A stretch of DNA of 64,000 nt from Podarcis pityusensis (taxonomy: Eukaryota): the NCBI GenBank assembly GCA_964106645.2, contig OZ067038.1, one strand, 5' to 3'. Each line of letters starts with the position of its first letter. The first letter of the stretch is position 1. Below are positions 40,398-54,300 of the stretch, piece after piece. The translations under genes and the position numbers were made by a program. The notes below the pieces were generated by a model. The model saw only the letters and a list, made by a program, of their open reading frames with translations. It made no database searches and was not told where the DNA came from.

Positions 40398-43300
40398 TAA
40401 CTAAGTAAGAGTAGGAATTGAGCCACTAATGCTACTAAGTCCAAAAGCTTACATCGCTTGTAATCTCTCCAACGTAACGGTTATGTATTGTCTCCGGTGT
40501 ATATGGCAAGGAAATCATGTGCCCCTGCATCTTAAAGAAGTCAGTCTTGTAGATCAGCTGAGATACAAAAACAAAGGGGGTGGGTGGAGAATTAAGGTGA
40601 TTTTCCCCCCATCACATCAGACATTACTGGAATTTATCTATTTATTTATTTTTAAATGTATAAGAGAGGCATACATCACTGATGGATTCCTGGTTCGTTT
40701 TAACTTGGCGAATCTCAGGCGTGTCGGGCGTGGTATGAATCTTATCCTTGTTTTTGTGATATACTTCCCTATAGAGCCTCTGTAACAAAAGAGAGGGAGT
40801 TATTGCAGATGGTACTGAAACCAATAAAACAAAAGACACCTTGATCTAGAATTCCATGGCCTGCCTACCACTGCTGGGAATCCTGCAGGCAATACTTCTG
40901 CTCACCCGCCCATTCAGTCAGTAGAACATGCTACTCTGCACCATCAGAGTGAGGCTGGCATAAGTCCATGAATGGAGGCCGGCAGAGCTGAGTAGAGGGA
41001 TATCTCAGCCCAATCCAATCCCCCAGTGCAAAAGAGGTTTGAACTGCAACAGCAATTTCTTGGGAGTAAGCCCCATTGAACTCAGTAGGACTTACTTCTG
41101 AGCAGGCATGTGATTGTGCTGCAAAGTCTACCTTCGACAGCGAACATTTGTTTTCTTTCTTGCAAAACAACTTTCTATTTCTTTTGTTGATTCAAGTAAG
41201 TATGCTTCTTTAATTTGCACTCTGGAGCAAATTGGTTAAGTTTTTGCCTGGTTATGGGATCTTCTCTGTTCACATTGCTTGGCCAGTTTGGCCAGGCTCT
41301 AAGATTTCAATGAGAGTGACTAGAATTGCACATTGGACACTGACCACCTGTAACAAGGCAGGAGCCTGGAAATATACTGACCTCAGTAGGGAGAATAAAA
41401 CTACCATAAGTCTGTATCTCTTTCTACCCAGGCCCAGGCAGTGAATCAGGAAAGTTGTAGCAGCATTGCCCATCAAGAAGGAACCAAAGAGTGCTTCACA
41501 CTTGATCTCATGGGATCAGTGTAAGTGTGCCCCTTTCATTACATACCCCAATAACAAACATTTATAATAAGGGGAGAGTCATCATTCAAACTATGTTTAC
41601 ATTTAAGTCATTAACTATAAAAAAAACTTACGTGCTTATTAAGAGATTTTACAGAACATGGGGTCCGGAGTGTCTGACAAAATCATACCATGGTTTTATA
41701 ATGAGTTGCATAAGATTCCAACAGTGATCTTATTTTTTAATTTTTGCATCATCAAGTACCATATAAATGCCAGTTTCCTTAAATACTATTCACATTACCT
41801 CATTGAGAATTTTGTTGACTTTCCTTATGTTTACAAATGGAACAGCTTTGGGTCCAAAATTGTAACCTTTATCCTTGATGTGTTCATAGACTTCCTTGTA
41901 TTTCAGCTGAAATCATACAAAAAAAAATCAGAAAGGTATGTATTTTAGACACAATAGCTGTTTATAATAGAACCTAAAAATGAAGTCATACCATTTAGCA
42001 GAACATGAATATATACTTACATCCATGCTAACTTTTAAGGTATCTAGGATTGTAGTTCAGCCCTCTTGTCCATTTCCTGATACCTCCCCATTCCCTTTCC
42101 TTGCCTTATTAACACCCCCCAAGATCCTATGGTTTGGTTGCATTTTCCCATTTTTATAAAATAATATAAAATTTATATGGTCATGTTTTCAATAAGTATA
42201 ATATTGCAACCACAATTTTTGTAACTGAACATGTATCTATTTATTCATGCAACTATATTTATTTGGAATAGTAGTATGAGTTAAAAAACGATCCACCACT
42301 CACATAACTGCCAAGGTATTGGGCATGTTTAGCATGCTTGAAACCAGGGGTATCTGGTGGGAGTTTGTATCCAGTGGGAAGTGCATGCCAGCCAGCTTTT
42401 CGGTAGAGACCCTGCCAAAGAAAAGAAAATTCATGACAATGTTTAAATACTGATTTTGCAATGAAGTGCAACACTATGAATACATTCCCTCTCAATTAGG
42501 TATTGAGCATTCATTCTCATTTGCTTGGGGGTGGTTATATGATATTGTGTCAAGCGGTGGCTATCCCATACTTCCTGTTGCTTTCCTTTCCACAAAAAGT
42601 CTAGGGTTGTTGTTGTTGTTTTAATGGATTTGTTGCACAAGAGCACCAATAATTGCTCAACTTGAATTTTCGAGTATGCACTTGAACCCCACCCACAAAG
42701 CAGGAAAAAACTGGGGGTAGCTCCAGCCCCAGCACTTACTTCATTCTGTATCCTGTAAGCATGAGTTGCCCGCTCCAAATCCACCGTCTTATCTGTTGGG
42801 GTGTATTTCCCTTTGACATTGTGCACATAGTCATGGCGGTAAACGGCCTAAGGAACATAGAAAATGTAAAACGGATGCTGAGTGATATAGCAAAAGCTTA
42901 TGTGCTGAATATGGGCTGGGCATAAATCTGGAGAAAGCAAAGTATCAGTAACATTAACAGTAATAGTAATAGTAATTTGTACCCTGCCCATCTGACTGGG
43001 CTGCCCCAGCCACTCTGGGCAGCTTCCAGCATATATAAGACCATAATAAAACATTACACATTAAAAACTTGATTGCTGGGGTAGAGGTATGGCACCACCC
43101 AACCACAGAGGTATTGTGGGGATTAAAGGAGGAAAAGTGAGAGCCAAGTACACCACTTTGAGTTCCTCAGAGAAAAAGGTGAGCCGCCAATGCAATAAAT
43201 AACTAAATAATAAAACAACAAATAAAATAGGAATCTGCATACAACTGTAAACTGGATCTGGTGATTAAGGGGGGTGGATGGCTATGAATGCTGACTGAAT

Positions 43301-45280
43301 CTCTGAACTATCTCTGAACAGGATACATAGCCTACTAACTAATTGGCTGGTTTGATGTGCATTACTAAGGCACTGCTACTATTGTTAATGAGAGCATAAT
43401 TGAAATGTGGGGGGGGGGGAGAGGAACAAATATTATGATTAAGCTGCAGTGAACAGAAATGGAGATCCTTACCTCACTCAGATTCATGGCACTCTGGACA
43501 TTCTGAACATAGAGAGGTGTGTCGGTGACCACGGTGTAGTTGCTCTCCATTTTCTTGGCCTTTGACTTGTATTTCAACTACAAGAAAGAGAGAGAAAGCA
43601 CCTGAACCTTCCCTTTCTCATTCCCACCACTGACTTTGTCAAATGTCCCACCCATTCAGCAGCTTTTCTTAAGGCACTCCAACCAACCACTCCTCAAATA
43701 TGCCAGCTATACCTGGCAGCTGCCCTGAAATAAGAAGCCTCTCCTCCAACTTCCCAAGAAGCTGAAGTAAAACTCCAAGAAGAGGGAGAAGCAATAATGA
43801 TAACAACAACAATAATAAGGCTGCCACATTGTTTCAGTCCTGCCTTATCATCATGATCATCATCGTCATCATTAAACCTTTTATTGGCATCACATACAAA
43901 CATCCAAAACAAATCAGTACAGAATTACCACTTCCCCAGTGGCACAAAACATTATCAGCTGACTATTGTATCCTGCATTCAGTTAATTAGCAATTTTTAA
44001 AAAAATATCAAAGGAAGTTGAAGAGAGGGGAAAGGAGATGTGTGTATTCCTAAGTCGCCTGAATTCAGAGGAGATAATTAAGTTTACTGTTAAAGCAGTG
44101 GTGCTTCTGCTTTTATAGTAGGGAAACCACAGCAAAAAAAATAAAAACAAAAACAAATAGCAGATTGTTGTATTATGTAGGTTTTACTGAGTGGCAAAAG
44201 TGTGCAAGGCTGACTGACAAAAGTGCAGTCCGATATAAAATACATGAAGCAGACAGCAGTCAGCTTTCAATTCAACCTACTAACCATGCCCCCAAAAGAG
44301 CTGTAAGAGGAGTTTGAAGGAGAGCTAGGAAGGAAGCTTCAGAACAAGCAATTTGCTATCACCAGTTGTACTCACGTCATTACGAAGGTCATAGGCATGT
44401 TTGGCATGGAGAATTTCAGGGGTGTCCCAGACAAAGCAACCTATGCCTTTGAGCCAGTTGAGGTCATCTTTGTACACAATCTAAGGTATTGTATTAAAAA
44501 TAGAGAAGAGTGAGAATTTCATAGCAAAACATAGCAAACATTCATTATACACAAATCAAGTAATTTAATCATGATCGAAACTTTGCTACATAATGGAAAC
44601 CAGCTTAGAGCGTTAGCATTAGTTTCCGTTGGCTGCCATTATGTTGTTCGATTTTCTAAGTACTCCTTTCTTCAGCAACCCGCTGTTTCCTCAGATTCCT
44701 GCTTTTCAGCCACTTCCTATTTAGTCCTAGTAGTAAAACTTGTATTATGGTCAGGTTGATTCAAATGTCTGTCTGTCTGCACACAGACAGCAGGCGCATG
44801 AAAAACTGAAAATGTTTGCTGCAAAAACTTCCAGATTGAAACCCTGAAAAGGTTCTCTGTTCGTTAAAAGCCCAATTAATTGTCCCTTGGAAGGTAAGCA
44901 TCTCCTGCATCCACCAAAAAGGGGGGCGGTGACTGACACCGGTCGAGAGGCAATGAACACAGCCTGTAAGCTTATAGATGTACTTTGTCACACCATTAAT
45001 GCTCCTTTTCCTGTCATGTGCAAATATAATAGTTTTTCCAAAGGCAGACCTGGTATCATTTGCAAACTTACATCACTCAGCTGGTCGTTGACTTTCCGAG
45101 CAAGAGCATTGGCATGAAGATCTGGGATGTTGGCCCATTCATGGAGACGGATGCGATAATCGATTTCACTGACTTTCTTCTGAGTGCTCTTAGCTGACAC
45201 TATGTCCACCATGTCTGGTGCAGTATGGATTTTGGCCTTGTTCTTTTCATAGCCTTCTCTATATAAGCGCTAGGGTAAAA

Positions 45281-45316
<36 letters not shown>

Positions 45317-48300
45317 TACTACTACTACTACAATTATTTCTTCTAACCCACCCTTTATCCTAAGGTCCCACAGCAGGTTACAACCACTAAAAAATTATAT
45401 ATTAAAAACAGTCTAAAACAAATTACAATCCCATGAGTTAGCTAACAACTAACAAACAATTCATGAAGTCGTATCTGAGTAGACCAGAATATTAGCTTTC
45501 AGTATTTTTTTATAATAATAATGGGAAGCTTCTAATAATGGGGGGGGGTTATAAATAAGATATTAAACCACGTGAAGGGTGACAATCTGGCACAAGCATG
45601 ACATCATAGGAAACTACAACTCTAAGGGGGGAGACAGCAGAGTGGAGTGCCTGCTTGACCCTTTTGGTTCCAGCCATTCTTCTGCTCAGAATCCCAGGTT
45701 TTTCCATCCGTGAGAACGGAAAACCAACCCATAATGAAATCCAATGGCACCTGCCTTCTTTTAGAACAGATACCACTAATAGAATAGATTTCTCCTCCCA
45801 CCTGCAGCTCTTCATATGCCTTCAAAACCTGCTCTGGAGGGTTGGGAGAATGTCTGGAGCAGATTTAGAGCTTGAGTTTGGACTGCAAGGCAGGAGGTGG
45901 GAAGAAAAATTGGCATTGATGTCATACTATGGAACTCTGTGTACCTGTACATTTAGTTTGGCCCTTAGTGATCTACATGCACTTGTGTGAATGAAGGTGA
46001 CCTACATCAACATATTGTTATAGCTCCTGGGTAAATCACCCTTTGTTAAGCTGATTATCTGATACCTGCAATGATCAGCTGACTTTCCGTGAATGGATAC
46101 AGCTAATGAATTGAAATTACTTTTTCCAACCCATCACCAAGTAGAGGGGCAGAAAACTATGATGCTGCAGTTTGAGCAGTTAAGAGAGACAGAGAGTTGG
46201 AAGTTCTTCTGCTGAACTATGCCTGAGCAAGAAGCAGCCTGCAGGAGGCTACAGAAATCTGGGCAGTTGCCGTCTTTGTGAATCTGATGCATGACTCGTG
46301 GTTGTGCTGACCACTATGGCAGTCTCTTGCTTCCAATAAGTTCTCCTCTGGGCACAATAAGTCCCCAGCATGCTCTCTTCCAATGAACACTAAATCCTGT
46401 AGCACTCCCATCTCTTGGGGAAGTGAGGGGTGCTAAATAACATAGCCTTTCAGTATCTAAAACCAGCTATTAACGGAAATAATCTGATTTAAAAAGTGTA
46501 AGACGGCACTTTTCTTATTAGATGTTATATCAGAAATAAACCTTACATCAATATTCAGCTTGCCAACCCTTAGGCATCTGGCAGTGTTGGGATCATCCTG
46601 AACCCCTCTGGGTAGAGTATAAAGCGCTTTAAACCGATCATACTCCTCTCGATACTTTACCTATGTGGAAAAAGAAAATGGAAATCCAAGTTACTTAGAA
46701 TGATACATCATTCGTACGACATCTTTAGGAATGTGTTGCTTGGGTACACTTACAATACTGGCATTGTGCTTCAGTTCTTTGGCACGGACAAAAGGCACAG
46801 CATCGGGAGGCAATGTGAAACCAGTGGCCTTCACTTTATCCCAGGCGTCCTTGTACAGGTTCTGTAGAGGTGAGAATCAAAGCACTGCGGTCTATATATG
46901 CTACTATACACTAAGGCTTTGTCTACACTGGAGCACCTGCCTGTCTCCCCATTAATGTAGGTGTGTCTACAGGACGTCCTCCCCATCAAAGTGTTCTCCT
47001 GTCCTCTTCTTTAAATGTGGGGCCTTTTGTTCCTGGGAAACGTTGAAATCCAAGGATTAAAAATCCCACATTTAAAGGGGGGGGGGGCGGATCTGGGGAA
47101 ATGTTGGGCTGCTGAAGATGTCATGTAGATGCCCTTACTGTTAATGGGGACAGGAAGGTGCAAATCCATTTTTTGCTCTGGTGTAGACAAGCCCAAATAT
47201 TTTGAGCTGCTTTAGAGTCATCTTCTATGAGGCCCCAAAGCAGTAAGAACCATGAGTAAGAACCAAATATTAAGACACCTTTTCTGCCTTTTAAAGCAGA
47301 AAGGCCTAGAGCTACACGTTCTTTCACATAGTCAGGGAAGGAAACAATTGCTTAAATTCACACAAACAAAATGGATACTAAAAATCATGGCCTTCCACAC
47401 CCCAACTTAGAAAAGGCAACCCAAAAGGAAAGAAATTTCAACACTAAACCTCAAGCTCAGGTTTGATCTGTCATCCTTCAGGATGGGGAAATTCCATAAC
47501 TTTTGGAGCAGGGCTGAAAAACTTCACTTTCTCCTAAGTGTATTGTGATTAGCCACAGGTGGCAATTTCAAGAGGCATGCCAGATTGTAGGGATGTAAAC
47601 CCAGGTATGCTAGCCCCAAGTCATGCTGTGTTCCAACGTCAGGTGAAAACATTCCCCTTTTGCTGGGTCCTCAGACAGCAGTAGCAATATGCTGTTAATC
47701 AGAGACCTGTGTACTGTGAATTTTAATTGAAATAGTTCTAATCTGTGTACAGCACTCTGCATTGTTGCTCCGTACTTTGGGTTAAGCCTCCCTGACACCG
47801 TGTGAAGAGAAGAAATAAATATTGGCTAGCATACTCAGGTACTTATAGCTAAAAGAATTCCAAGATAAACCACCACCCAAAAACAGCCCATCTCATTAGC
47901 CCCTGAAAATAAAGTTTAAACACTCACACTACTGAAAAGGTGCTTGAGGTTCTGAATCCTATCATGATCAACTGTTTCCAAAACTGTGGTATATTGGTCC
48001 TTCATTTTATGGTATTGTTCTTTGTATTTCACCTATAATCAAAGGCAGATTCAGTCATTACTGTAGTTCCCTTTACAATTAAAGGGAAGGGAAGAGAATG
48101 AACCAGGACAAAGGAAAGGATGAGAATGACTCACGTCGCTAGCATTGATACCACTCTCGATAGCAGTTATATAAACTGGAGTGTCCATAACCACACCGTA
48201 GTTCTGTAAATTGTCTTTTCCTGCTTTTGTGTAGAGCAACTGTGAAACCAAGGCAAAAAGAAGGCATTAGGACAGAGAACAGCTACACTGGATTTTTAAG

Positions 48301-51300
48301 CAACTCTAAGCACACTGTGTAGCAATGGGATTCCTTCTTTGGTTTCTTTGAGGTCCCCTTGGCAGGTATGGGGAATAAATCGCCTTAATGTGCTACTAAT
48401 CAGATGTGGTTTTTTAAAATGTTAGTTAGTGCACTTAGCACTTTCAAGGAAGCTAACGGCTGTTTTAAGTACAGTGGCTTGCTTTATTCTCTGGAAGGAA
48501 AGATGGCCGCTGTCATATTTTAATGAATTTATGCCCGCATTTATCCACAAGTGGGAAATTCCAACAGTTCTAAGGACTTGTCTGATACTGAGTCAGGATG
48601 TAGTTCAGTACTGTCTATGACTCTGATTGAAAAGAGCTCTCTGAGGCAGGCATCTTTCCTAATCCAGCTACCCAATATTCTTTAGCACATCTATGAATGG
48701 GAAATGGTGCAAACCCCGAACTGATCAAATAAAGAAACCTTATAGAGAGACATGGTTCCCAGTTCCAGCACCACCACCACCACCACTATCCCTGTATTAG
48801 GCGAGATCCATTTGCTTACTTGACTCTGAAGATCATAAGACTTCTTAGCATGCAGGATTTGAGGTGTGTCCCACACATAGCATCCAATTCCCTTCAGCCA
48901 TGTTAAGTCATCCTTGTACACAACCTGCACATGACAGTAGTGGGGGGGACACACACAAATGCAATGAACACATTATGCATTGTTTCAAACATCTCCAGTC
49001 ATACTAATGCTTTGGTCCAGTGCAGAAAAGTGAGGAGTGGAAGTGATATAAGAGATATACGTGTATTCTGGGGCTGCCTGCATGGGTTCCAGATGACTAC
49101 TACCATTCCCACTTTGAGAATTCTCTTAGAATAACAGTTAGTATTTCAATAGAGCTATAGAGTTCTTCAGGCATGTTACATACATCATCTAAGGCTGCTG
49201 TCCAAACCTGCCGCTGCAGAGCAACCACTGCAGCTGCAACCAAGACATTCACGGTGGTGGCAGAAGGTGGAGCAAGCAGATCAGGACTCATTCCTGTACC
49301 AGCTTCAGGCTGCCATAGCAACTGGACCTGGAACATGCCTGATGTGAGAGCAACTCAGGATCCAGAAAATCCTGGGCCAGTTCAGCTCCTCTCTACCTTT
49401 GCAACTCTTCATCTCGTGGCTGTTTGGCAGGTTAGTGGAGGGGGGGGCATGTGCTGGTGAAGAATCCAGCACCACCACCCCCGGCCAAAGCCTGGACTAC
49501 AGCCTTGTTCCCCAAAGCATAAAATCATAAGAAGAGCCTGATTAGATCGCATCAAGGTTGACTATCCTATATCCCACTAGGTGTTTCTGTTGTCTCTAAG
49601 CAGGGCATGGAGACAACAGCCCTTCTCCTGAGGGTTTTCCCTTCCTCCACTTAACAATTGGAATTTTAGTGCCACACCGCCTCTGTACATTCTGTACATT
49701 TCGCCATAATGGCTATTAGAACTTGGTAGACCTATCCTTCACCAAATTTTCCATTGGGCTAGGATAGGAGGAGTGACTTGCCCAATGCCTTCCTATGACT
49801 TTATGGATCCGGCAAGATTTGGGTTGGATGTTTCTTCTTCACAAACCACACTACCCCAATTTGTAAAGCAAAAGGGCAAGCTACTCACACCACCACCTTT
49901 TCCTGCTTCTCTATAGCAAATTAAATGGTTCTCAATTTGATCGGGGAAATACATACATCGCTTAGAATTTCCTGGGCTCTTTTAGCCATAATAACATCGT
50001 GCTCCTCAGGTGAACAGTTCCACTGATGAAGGTAAGTTCGGTATTCGAGGTCACTAAGGATGTACTGGCATTTCTTAGCCAACACGTGGTTTATCATGTC
50101 GCTCGGGATATGAATGTGTGCCTTGGTGTCCTCATAATTCTTCCTGTAAGCCAGCTAGAAATCAGGAGATTAAGATGGAAAATGTAAGTTTGTTTTTTTC
50201 ACATTATTCAGACTCAAGGAAGAGCCCCACCCAACAACAACAACAACAACAACACTACTTACCGCACTCCTTATCTTTTGGAAAGCAAGAGAATGGACAA
50301 CACTTGGGAAATCATTTATTTGTGTCCCAGCCAGATAATGGCCCTTCTGCTTCTCATACACTTCTTTATATTTGAGCTGTGAAGTGCAAACATGGGACAC
50401 ATTAGATAAGACACATAGCAGCCCCACAAGCAAACAGTGGCAAAGTAGTTAACGAGGGAAAAGTCACACTTACCTCGCTGTTAATGTAATCGGCATGTTT
50501 GGCACCGACAATAGGGATGTAGTCTGGAGGCAGAGTGTACCCAATGGCCTTGGTGGATTCCCATGAATCCTTGTACAGGTTCTAGACGGCAAAAGGTGCA
50601 CATGGGATATAAATGAGCAGGATGTTTTCCAACAGATGTAATCATTGAAGAGCAAAAACAAATCAACTAAACCACTATGCATTCTCTACAGCACTCTGCC
50701 TCTAGGACTCTTTCAATTTTTCCATAGCACAACACTATATAAATACTTTCCTGAATTAAATTTCATTACCTTCACAGGGTTGTCTACTATATGTCTACTA
50801 TATGTCTAACTATATATGGCAGCAGCCCTCAAGGGTCTCAATGAGATGTTCTTTCCAGCTATACCTGGAGCTCCCTGGAGCAGAACCAAAGATGTTCTGC
50901 ACTATGTCCTAGTGCTGTACCACTAAGATATGGCACTTTCCCAATGGGTGAAGCTAGTAGATGGGGACTTGTCTAAGCTAGGGACCTAAAGTTCCCTAAC
51001 TGTAGCACCTATTTTCATACAATATCCTCAATGTGCTGTTCACCCAGAAGCCTGAAACTTTATCACTGAAAAGAAACACTTCCTAATTTTGTGAAATAGT
51101 TGTACAGTAGGCTACATTCCAGTCGTGCAGAAGTCAGGGCTTTCTACACATGCACAAGCAAGAGGATTGTTGCAATTAAGCAATCAAGGAGAAGGTGGAG
51201 AAGGATCACAGGCCTGGAAGGGATCACAAGTGGCCTGAGGTTCCCTACCCCTGTAGTAACACGAAGAGACATTGAATTTTCATTATTAGATGCAAGAACA

Positions 51301-54300
51301 GCAAGAAACTTACATCACTGTACAGTTTAGCCATATCTCTAGAATGACTCAGGGCTGGAGTGTCATCAGAACCAATGTAGTGACCTCTTTCAAGGTTAAA
51401 GGTTTCTTTGTATTTCAGCTAGAGAGAGAGAGAAATTAAATAAGAGTGTTAACCCATCATTCCATGTGCTACCACACACACACCAGCCTGACATATTCAG
51501 TATGCTGTGCTTCTTAAGGGATAAATGTCTTAATCAGCTTCTTGATGCATGAGGTGAACATACTAAATGCTTCATGCTGGGGTGTTTTCTTTTATCCTTC
51601 AAATTCACTAAGTTATGAAGATCATTCTGAGCTCCTTTGGGGTGTCTCGTTGTTTACCTATGTTTGTCATCACTTCTGAATGATATAGGAAATTCAATGT
51701 CATACCATCATTTTGACAGAATTATTCTATTTATTTATTCTAATATCTTTCTCCCAAGACAGCTCATGTTAAAACAAATTATACAACACATATTCTGTTT
51801 AAACATTTCATTCTTCATGAATTGTGAGGCAACTCTTCCATACGCCATCTTAAGGGATATCCCACAAAAAATTATTTACACAAAAACACTGTCATTTCCT
51901 TTCGCAGGACTACTTTGGCATGTGGTCGTTTTTAAAATATTGTTGTATGTTCCTGAACATTTGAGCTACACAAATACCTTCATAGTTCTAGCTGTGGTCA
52001 TCAAGAGATATGATACTTTTATAATATATGAAAGTATGTATTTACTCAGAAATTCTGATTTAAAGGATACTTACATCACTCTGATTGATTGCGTTTGCCT
52101 TTGCCAGAACAATAGCTGGAGGGTCTTCCACAGGTGTGAAATTGGCAAAATTATTAATAGCCTCTTTTGTGTAGAGTCTCTGTAGGCAGACATGATTAGA
52201 TTATCATAAATAACAGTAATAGGAAATGAATATGATGCTGCCACAAATGCATGAAAATTGCATCTTACCTTATCAATCAAGTTCTGAGCGTTCTTCACTT
52301 TCCGGTGCTCCACTGAATCTAAGGGAATCCAGCCACAGCCGCGGATCCATTCCAGATCAGATTTATAAATATTCTGTACATATTAAAAAAGTTGAAGAAT
52401 ATTATTCACACCTATGCAGACCAAAAGACAAGCTGAGCCTTGATTTCCCTTCCCAGGCAATTGCTCTTGGGTATACCAATATCAAACTCTTAAATTGGTG
52501 CGATCTGACTGCATAAATCACTTACATCGCTTTGAAGGTCATATGCTTTCTTTGCCTGGATGCAGTCATTCTGATCAGGGTGGCAAGTCCATTCATGAAG
52601 GTAATGGCGATACGGAATTTCACTGACAACATGCTGGCAGTCTCTGGCTGCAATGACGGACAGTATATCTGGAGGTATATGAATTTTGGACTTGGTTTTG
52701 TTATACGCCTGTTTATACAATCTGTCGTTCTGGATCTTGCCGGCATGTTCAAACCACACCAGTTTCGGATCCTCTCTCATATTATTGACACCGACGTAGT
52801 GACCTCTTTGGTGGACATAGTCTGCCTTGTATTTCAGCTGAAAGGGGAAAACACAGGTTCTTTAAATATCCACACTGGATCTTTCCTAATCCTAATTCTC
52901 TGGGTTATCCTTACTGAGGTAAATGATTTCATGAAAGCATATCTGCTTTGTTTACTTGGTGGTCTTCCATCTCTGGGAATAGCATGCAAGAGTTTTCTTT
53001 AAAAGAAGATGAACCACCGAAACGAAAGATATGAAGGATGGGCTCTTTGATAGCGCAGAAATCTGTGTGATTTTAAAGCTAAAGAGTGTTTACCTCGCTT
53101 TGGACATCACTTGAATGCTTGGCATGGCGGATAGGCACACTGTCGTGAGGCAAAAGATAACCAGTAGCTTTCTCTCTTTCCCAATTCTCCTTGTACAGAT
53201 GCTGTAAAACAGAGAATTTAAGGGTTAGCACCTGTCAGAAGCATAAGGACTGTCACTGCTGTCCATTAAAACAAAACATGGAAAGTACATACATGATTAA
53301 GAATCCTGGCTGCTTCTTTAGCTGCATCTAATTGTGGCGTGTCTGTCAGCGTATAGTTTGTCTTGATGTTATTCCATTCCTGGTGGTACTTAATCTGAAA
53401 AAGTAAAACATATATAATAAAAGTCTTTTAGATTTACGAGTTATATATGTATAACTAGACTCACACAATAAAACTCGGTGAATTTTTAAGGCCCCAGTTT
53501 TCCACAGATATATGGTTTAGTTTTTGTGGATGAAGAAAATCTGTCTGACGTGTGTACATTGAACCGAATCAAAATAAGAGGTAATACTTACATCACTTAG
53601 TATTTCCCCGCCTTGTTTGGCTGTGATATAATCAACCCTGTCAGCCACTGGTGTAAACGGTTGTTTGTCAACTTTTGTGCGATACAGTCTCTGTGCAGAA
53701 ATAAAAGAAAAGCAATGAGGCTATACAATTGATCGCACCAGCAATAAGTGAAAAGAAACAGAATTGAGGGGGAAATATTCAAGGACAGGGACTGTTTCTT
53801 TGTTAATGCTTGTCTTGCTTTCTGTCCTCTCCAGACCACACTCAGTAACAGAACTACCACTGCTGTGTTAGGATCTCTCATATGAGAATGAGGCACTAAC
53901 TTTCCAAAAAGGTTTTTCCCCCAAGTATAAAATACCCAGACCTTAATATCAAGGCTAGATATTGCCTATCCAAGCCCAAAGTGCTGGCTGAATGAGCCAA
54001 AACATATGTGGGGAAACTCGACCTTGTTTCCCCCCCAAACAAAATTACTTTTGGAACCACAAAATAACAATAATAAAATAATAATAAATAATTATTTATA
54101 TCCCGCCCTCCCCAGCCGAAGTCGGGCTCAGAGCAGCTAACAACAGTAAAATGATACATTCTAAAATCATTTCATTATAAAATCAGTTCAAATCAGATTA
54201 ATGGCAACCATTGGGCTCTGTGAGGATTGCCAAAGGAGGGGGTCAGGTTGTGCCCTGGCTAAAGGCCTGGTGGAACAGCTCTATCTTGCAGGCCCTGCGG

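Noticed and set aside
41632-41728. Possible decayed nebulin exon (DTP codons and a GTAAGT donor)
   Set aside because: Stops and frameshifts, wrong YK-DTP-end spacing, and the 7-module count is complete without it
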